This document shows, piece after piece, positions 58,549 through 64,000 of a stretch of DNA of 64,000 nucleotides (position 1 is the stretch's first letter; each line of letters begins with the position of its first letter). The notes beneath the pieces are model-generated. The model was given only the letters and a program-made list of their open reading frames with translations, was not told where the DNA came from and searched no databases. A program made the position numbers and the translations under genes. Where the stretch lies: the NCBI GenBank assembly GCA_963664115.2, contig CAXWPJ010000009.1:1088001-1152000 (forward strand), in the 5' to 3' direction. The DNA comes from Terriglobia bacterium. GTDB taxonomy: Bacteria; Acidobacteriota; Terriglobia; 20CM-2-55-15.

Positions 58549-58588
58549 TTCTCAGGTCCTGAGAAATCATCTTGTCGGAAGTAGAGAA
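58549..58588 (+). repeat. Bulged palindrome copy
   Basis: TTCTCAGGTCCTGAGAAATCATCTTGTCGGAAGTAGAGAA. Confidence 0.85.
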
Positions 58589-58618
58589 TTTCAGCAAGCG
58601 GAAGCTAGAATTGCGCAA

Positions 58619-59380
58619 ATGAATATTTTTTCTCTTACTCAACGGTCATGGGTGCTCTTTCTAGCGTTCTTGTTTGCTCTTGCAGCGTCCTGCGGTCCAG
58701 CCCCGGTGGACGCGGTTTCACCGCCGGTGTCACCACGCCAGACCATAGATTTTAGGCAGGCACGCAACCGGATGGTCGAACAGCAGATCGAAGCTCGGGG
58801 AATTCGTGACCCTCGGGTTCTTGAAGCCGTGGCACGGGTTCCCCGACACGAGTTCGTTCCCGCCGATTATAGAGCCTTGGCCTACAACGACGTGCCCCTA
58901 CCCATTGGATTGGATCAGACTATCTCGCAGCCCTACATTGTTGCCCTGATGACTGAACTCGTTCAGACGGAACCGGACGACCGTCTTCTCGAGGTCGGAA
59001 CGGGATCGGGATACCAGGCCGCCGTCGCCGCCGAGCTGGTGGCCGAAGTCTACAGCATCGAGATCATTCCGGAGCTGGCCCGCTCCGCGGCCGAGCGACT
59101 CGAGCGGCTCGGGATTTTGAACGTCTCGGTACGTGAAGGTGATGGGTATCTGGGATGGCCCGAGTTCAGTCCCTTCGATGGAATCCTCGTCACGGCCGGA
59201 GCCGAGGAAATTCCTCAGCCTCTGATTGCCCAGCTCAAGCCGGGAGCTCGGATGGTCATTCCCGTCGGTGAACCGGCCTCCATCCAGATCCTGAAGGTGA
59301 TTGAAAAGTTGCCCGGAGGTGCGGTCGATATTCGTGACGTCACTCCGGTCCGATTCGTCCCACTGCGCCGCAGTCAGTAG
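58619..59380 (+). CDS. pcm: Protein-L-isoaspartate O-methyltransferase with lipoprotein-like N-terminus
   Basis: VPRHEFVP, QTISQPY, LEVGTGSGYQAA, GDGY.GW, VRFVPL. Confidence 0.92.
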   Translation: MNIFSLTQRSWVLFLAFLFALAASCGPAPVDAVSPPVSPRQTIDFRQARNRMVEQQIEARGIRDPRVLEAVARVPRHEFVPADYRALAYNDVPLPIGLDQTISQPYIVALMTELVQTEPDDRLLEVGTGSGYQAAVAAELVAEVYSIEIIPELARSAAERLERLGILNVSVREGDGYLGWPEFSPFDGILVTAGAEEIPQPLIAQLKPGARMVIPVGEPASIQILKVIEKLPGGAVDIRDVTPVRFVPLRRSQ

Positions 59381-59804
59381 TCTGCTCGGTTCCAGATTCG
59401 GGAAGTGCCACGGACGTTGAGATTTCACATTTTCGGACAGAAACAAACTAACCCGTCGATTCATCCCATTAAACCAACAACTTAGAGTGGAGAAAGCAAA
59501 ACTCGACGGGAAGGTTTCGAACTAAGATTTCGCTCGGTCGTGCATACGGCTGACCATCTCTGTTGCGTCAAGCGCGCTGGGTCGATCGACCGGCGACCCT
59601 CTCCATCATCCTTGAGGGAGAGGCTCATTGGGGAATAAGAAAAAAGGTTGATGTAGTTCCTATGAAGATCCGCACCGGTCGCCCGGTGCGGATGGACGGC
59701 CTTCATAGTAAAGGGGCGGTTGCCGAGGCGTCTGAGAAATAAGACAATCGGATGCTACTGAGACAAACCTGCAAACCCCCGCGCTTCAAATAGCGGATAC
59801 ATCG

Positions 59805-60665
59805 TTAACCGCCAGCCGAAACCCTGTCCAAAAACTCAATCACTCTCGCCGGTGCTGTCTCCTCCGTCTGCTCTTCAGGCGGCACGTCCCAATACTCGGC
59901 TCCCGACAGGCAACCCTGTAGATAACGTGCAGCCGAAGTCGCGTGCGATTCGTCATCGCCCGGAACGATCAATGTCGGAATGTTCAGGTGCATCAAGTCT
60001 TCGGGTTTCGGACCCGGGGCGGTATCGCGGTCGAGAAGGGTGTGCGACATGCCGGCGACAATCTGCTTGTAGTGTTCCAGGTCAAAACCGGCATAGTGCA
60101 GTGCAAACTCCGGGTCGGTCCGGATTACCGCAACCCAGGGACCCAGGCGAGGATCTTTGCCAAAACCCACATCCGTGCTTTTGGCCAGTTCCACAACCGC
60201 GGCGAGACTTTCTTGTTCCACGAACTTCAGGTGCTCCTCAAAACGGCCGTGCCCCTTGAGACGAAAGGCGGCGCCGCCCACAGGCCAGTAAAGAACCATG
60301 CTGAGCGTCGCTTCAGGATGCTTGACGGCAAATGCCATCGCCGGGGGGCATCCCATGCAGCCACCAAGCACGTGTGCCGCCTGAATGCGGAGATGCTCGA
60401 GCAGGTCCTTGCCTTGTACGACGTAGTCATTCCAGGTGATGGGCTCGATCCGCCCACCCGATTGTCCGGTTTCACGACGGTCGAATATTATGCAACGGTA
60501 TTTAGACGCCAGGTGATCGAGTAGTTTGATACGGGCATAGATGCCCAGCGTCGACCATTTGTCGAGCGAGGCGTCGAAGCCGCCCGGAGAAAACATCAGC
60601 AGCGGCGGACCATCGCCGACGACTTCGTAGTGTGTCCTGATGCCGTCGAGGGTCGCTGTTCCCAT
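59805..60665 (-). CDS. Alpha/beta hydrolase with GGCMG (Cys) nucleophile elbow
   Basis: G.GPPLL, FDRR..GQS, LGGCMG, G.D.SH. Confidence 0.85.
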   Translation of the reverse strand: MGTATLDGIRTHYEVVGDGPPLLMFSPGGFDASLDKWSTLGIYARIKLLDHLASKYRCIIFDRRETGQSGGRIEPITWNDYVVQGKDLLEHLRIQAAHVLGGCMGCPPAMAFAVKHPEATLSMVLYWPVGGAAFRLKGHGRFEEHLKFVEQESLAAVVELAKSTDVGFGKDPRLGPWVAVIRTDPEFALHYAGFDLEHYKQIVAGMSHTLLDRDTAPGPKPEDLMHLNIPTLIVPGDDESHATSAARYLQGCLSGAEYWDVPPEEQTEETAPARVIEFLDRVSAGG

Positions 60666-60674
60666 AGCGCTTTG

Positions 60675-61502
60675 CTAACTCTTGACTGGCGGGGCGCCCT
60701 TGATCTGGCGGCCAGCCCTCACGTCATTGCTAAACGCAGTGATGGCATCCAGTATCAGCGGCGCGACGTTTGCGTAAGTGTCCACGGGTTCATCCAGATA
60801 CTTGGCGCCGTATCCGATAGCGGCATGACCGAGGCGTACCCGCCCGTCGAGCCAGGGACCGCCGCCGAATCCGCCGATCACCGGGATCGAGACAGCAGCC
60901 GCTACAGCCGGTCCCACAACAGGCCCCGAATTCGTGAAATCGAGTAGGGTCGCACCCGCATCTTCCAGCATCTTCGCCTCGCCGACCAGCCTGTCCTTCA
61001 TGTCCGCCGATACAGCGACACCCCCCCGCGACATGGCGGAATATTCGATGCCGTATTGCAGTGCCGTCTGCGGGGTTATTCCGAACTGCGCCCAGACGGG
61101 AATGCCGGCACTCGCCATCGCGGTGACCGTCTGGGGGTAGTCCGCTGCCCCGTCGAGTTTGATCATGTCGACGCCGGCTTCTTTGACCATGCGGATACCG
61201 GCCCGGACGGCAGCGTCGGAGCCTTCCTGCAATGGGCCATAGGGAAAATCACAGCTGAGCAAAGCCCTTTTCGTGCCCCGGCGCACGGCTTGTGTGACGG
61301 TCACCATCTGGTCCATCGTCACCTCGAGCGGGTTCGGTTGTCCCCAGAGATTGATCCCCACCGTATCCCCGACGGACATGATCTCGACACCGGCGCGATC
61401 GACGATCTGAGCCATCTGGTAGTCCCAGACGACCACGCCCACGATTTTCTGCCCTTCGCGTTTCATCCGGTGAAGTTGGGGTATGTTGACCTTGTCGACC
61501 AT
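60675..61502 (-). CDS. PanB-like (ketopantoate hydroxymethyltransferase family) protein, divergent
   Basis: SVGDTVG, AVRRG, DFPYG, IKLDG, GITPQ, EDAGA, IPVIG; canonical TAYD, KLEG and HxG motifs altered. Confidence 0.8.
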   Translation of the reverse strand: MVDKVNIPQLHRMKREGQKIVGVVVWDYQMAQIVDRAGVEIMSVGDTVGINLWGQPNPLEVTMDQMVTVTQAVRRGTKRALLSCDFPYGPLQEGSDAAVRAGIRMVKEAGVDMIKLDGAADYPQTVTAMASAGIPVWAQFGITPQTALQYGIEYSAMSRGGVAVSADMKDRLVGEAKMLEDAGATLLDFTNSGPVVGPAVAAAVSIPVIGGFGGGPWLDGRVRLGHAAIGYGAKYLDEPVDTYANVAPLILDAITAFSNDVRAGRQIKGAPPVKS

Positions 61503-61766
61503 AGCGCGTGTCCGTTCCTGTAATTGTTAAGCCAGGCAACCGTAGATTTTGGTGAGCGTCAGATAATAACAAAGATCAGACTTTGATAGTGGTTGACAGC
61601 AATACAGGCCAGCGGGGTTATTTCCGCACTGACACCCCGATTCGATGACGGCCGCGGTTTGAGCTATCATGTTGTTTCGTGGGATATGGCGAGCCTACTG
61701 CTGATTACCGGAAGAGCCGCAGGTCTTCATTTCGCGCCCCGATCCAACCTTTCCAAGGACGTACGC

Positions 61767-62882
61767 ATGACTAAAGACGCACTCGTGCCCGAGGACACCG
61801 CGAAGAAATTCGCTAAGGAGAAGGAAACTCCCTACACGCGCTGGGTTAAGAAACAGGGCCTCGACATCATCGACGGAACCTACGTTCCGGATCTGAGGAC
61901 GCTCGAACTGAAACCCTGGGCGCGGCGGAACGGGCGTGGCGTCTACATAAATCACGATGCGTCCAGGACATCCAACGACTGCTATGTCTGCGAAATCGAG
62001 CCGGGCGGCGAACTGACGCCGCAACGACAATTGTGCGAAGAGATGATCATGATACTGGACGGTCGCGGGTCGACGCGGGTCTGGAATGATGCCGGAGGGA
62101 CAGTATCGTTCGAGTGGCAGGCGGGTGCGCTGTTCTCGGTCCCGCTAAACACCTGGCACCAGCATTTTAATGGCTCCGGTAAGGACACTGTGCGTTTTGT
62201 CGCGGTCACCAATTTGCCGCCGATCATGAACGTGTTCGAAGAATCCGAATTCATTTTCAACACGTCGTACGACTTCAATTCCCGCTTTTCCGGTGAACCC
62301 GACTATTTCGCTCCGAAGGAGGAAGCGAGCGGCTTTTTGCTCGAGACCAATTTCGTCGCGGACGCAGTCAGCCTGCCGCTGATCGAGGCGAAGGAACGCG
62401 GAGCGGGGGGCGGACACATCCGTTTCAACCTGGCGAAGAGTTCGATGAACAGCCATATCTCTTCGTTCCCGGTTGGCAAGTACAAGAAAGCCCATGCGCA
62501 TGGCCCCGGTGCGCACGTCATCACCCTTGTCGGTGAAGGCTATACTTTGATGTGGCCGGAAGGCGAAGAGCCCAAGCGATACGACTGGAAGCCGGGCACG
62601 ATGATCACGCCACCGATCATGTGGTACCACCAGCATTTCAATACCGGCACGGAGCCGGCCCGCTATCTGGCTTTTAAGTATGAAGGCGTCGCGATCCGTA
62701 ATTCCCAGGGCGTTCCCAAGGCATGGGTGAGCCGCCGTATCGGTGGGCACCAGATAGACTATGCCGACGAGAAACCTGAAGTTCGCACGATGTTCGCGGA
62801 TGCGCTGGCCGAAAAGGGCCAAGAGTCGCAGATGCAGGATTCCTACGAAACGGAGAAGGAGACTCTGCCCCCGATCTCCTGA
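61767..62882 (+). CDS. Bicupin protein (gentisate dioxygenase-like fold)
   Basis: Two cupin domains: EE...G.G...P.N.WHQHFN and AHAHGPG...WYHQHFN. Confidence 0.85.
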   Translation: MTKDALVPEDTAKKFAKEKETPYTRWVKKQGLDIIDGTYVPDLRTLELKPWARRNGRGVYINHDASRTSNDCYVCEIEPGGELTPQRQLCEEMIMILDGRGSTRVWNDAGGTVSFEWQAGALFSVPLNTWHQHFNGSGKDTVRFVAVTNLPPIMNVFEESEFIFNTSYDFNSRFSGEPDYFAPKEEASGFLLETNFVADAVSLPLIEAKERGAGGGHIRFNLAKSSMNSHISSFPVGKYKKAHAHGPGAHVITLVGEGYTLMWPEGEEPKRYDWKPGTMITPPIMWYHQHFNTGTEPARYLAFKYEGVAIRNSQGVPKAWVSRRIGGHQIDYADEKPEVRTMFADALAEKGQESQMQDSYETEKETLPPIS

Positions 62883-62966
62883 TGTCCCGGCGCCGGCTCG
62901 CGGCCCATGTGGAGCACCTCGTCGGGATCGGGATGCTCTCGATAGAATCTGACTGAGGCAACTCGT

Positions 62967-64000
62967 ATGACAGAACAAGTTCTAGCAGCGGTTCGCATCG
63001 GCGCTCACGAAACTGAGTTTCGGGAGTTCCCGATGCCCGAGGTGCCCGAGGACGGCGCTTTGCTGAAGATGGAGGTCGCGGGCATCTGTGGTACGGATGT
63101 GAAGTTTTACGCCAAACCTCCGATCGACTCGCCGGTCATCATGGGCCATGAGAATATCGGCTATATCGCGAAAGCTGGTCGTCAGTTCTTGGATCGAAAG
63201 GGCGTCAAGGAAGGCGACCTGGTATTCGTGGAACATTACGTTCCGTGTTTCAAATGCGAATGGTGTCACAAGGGTGAATACCGCCTGTGCGCCGCTACCG
63301 ATTGGCGCAAAGGCCCCGATGCCGTGCGTTACGGCTATAGCTCAATTGAACGTGAGCCACATTTGTGGGGCGGGTTCGCGCAGTACATGTTTCTGCCGTG
63401 GAACGCCGTAGTGCACAAAGTGCCCGACGGCGTGTCGGCCGAACTTGCGGGTGTGGTGACACCCATGGCGAACGGCATCCAGTGGGCCCTGTTTGACTGC
63501 GGTGTCGGTTACAACTCGCGGGTACTCATACAGGGGCCCGGCCAGCAAGGGCTTTCCCAGACAGTGGCGTGCAAGCAGGCGGGTGCTTCATTGATCATCG
63601 TCACCGGTACAACCAAGGACAGAGCCCGGCTTGCGGTGGCCTTAAAGTTTGGTGCCGATCACGTGATCAATGTCGAGGAAGAGGACCCCATCGAGCGCAT
63701 CCGGGAAATTACCCACAATGAAGGGTTGGATGTGGCTCTCGACTGCACCGCCGGAGCCGGGACCGCACCCGATCGGATCAGCATAGAGACGCTCAAGCGC
63801 AAGGGCGGTACGATGCTGATGCAGGGTGAGATTGGTCAATACCCGGACTTTCCGGTCGGGAAGGTGACGAACAAATACATCACGATCAAAAGCGCGCGCG
63901 GACACAACTTCCGTTCCTGCGAGCTTGCCTTGCGGCAGCTGGCCTCGGACAGATTTCCGCTGGACCTGATGACCACCCACCGTTTCGGGTTGAAGGATAC
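62967..64000 (+). CDS. Zinc-binding dehydrogenase (MDR family), runs off the window end
   Basis: GICGTD, MGHE, CFKCEWC...C, QGPGQQG; absent from the ORF track because there is no stop in the window. Confidence 0.9.
   Translation, partial: MTEQVLAAVRIGAHETEFREFPMPEVPEDGALLKMEVAGICGTDVKFYAKPPIDSPVIMGHENIGYIAKAGRQFLDRKGVKEGDLVFVEHYVPCFKCEWCHKGEYRLCAATDWRKGPDAVRYGYSSIEREPHLWGGFAQYMFLPWNAVVHKVPDGVSAELAGVVTPMANGIQWALFDCGVGYNSRVLIQGPGQQGLSQTVACKQAGASLIIVTGTTKDRARLAVALKFGADHVINVEEEDPIERIREITHNEGLDVALDCTAGAGTAPDRISIETLKRKGGTMLMQGEIGQYPDFPVGKVTNKYITIKSARGHNFRSCELALRQLASDRFPLDLMTTHRFGLKD

Noticed and set aside
26822-58588. CRISPR array interpretation of the ~40-bp repeats
   Set aside because: Copies are degenerate and separated by 0.3-8 kb of genes, not 30-40-bp spacers; no cas genes
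26822-58588. Classical integron attC sites
   Set aside because: No consistent RYYYAAC...GTTRRRY boxes, shorter than typical attC, cargo in both orientations, and no intI in the window
26822-58588. Palindromes as simple intrinsic terminators
   Set aside because: No U-tract, the loop sequence is conserved, and they occur as inverted doublets and upstream of promoters
59381-59424. Further palindrome copy after pcm (CGGACGTTGAGA)
   Set aside because: Only the right arm matches; too degenerate to count

Overview
GC-rich bacterial window, probably Acidobacteriota (inferred from the DUF6152 expansion, NHL proteins and the MESGTxLGHYE...WFEELKERVPVP-type Ser/Thr kinase family). Left part (1-26 kb): DUF6152 and partner genes, an aromatic/aldehyde catabolic block (SLC13 transporter, CMD, mmsA, hpcH, hpcG) between IS3-end relics, tRNA-Leu(CAA) with a 63-bp 3' duplicate enclosing a 1.1-kb toxin-antitoxin islet, UDG, a Dna2-like nuclease-helicase and an orphan low-complexity gene with a structured leader. 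Main finding (26.8-58.6 kb): about 13 co-oriented copies of a ~40-bp bulged palindrome (consensus TTCTCAAGTCCTGA(G/T)AAATCATCTTCTCGGACGTTGAGAA), plus 5 inverted partner copies, divide unrelated cargo genes, mostly 1-3 at a time, into a cassette-like array. The junctions carry short 3' and 5' stubs of a Ser/Thr kinase gene and a conserved sigma70-like promoter. No intact kinase or recombinase is in the window. The spacer between paired palindromes occurs in both orientations, and two IS elements abut broken palindromes. Also notable: two Tat-signal ThDP enzyme plus cytochrome c pairs and an EutA/cupin/PanB-like/Rieske catabolic set. All calls come from reading motifs by eye; no database searches were run.
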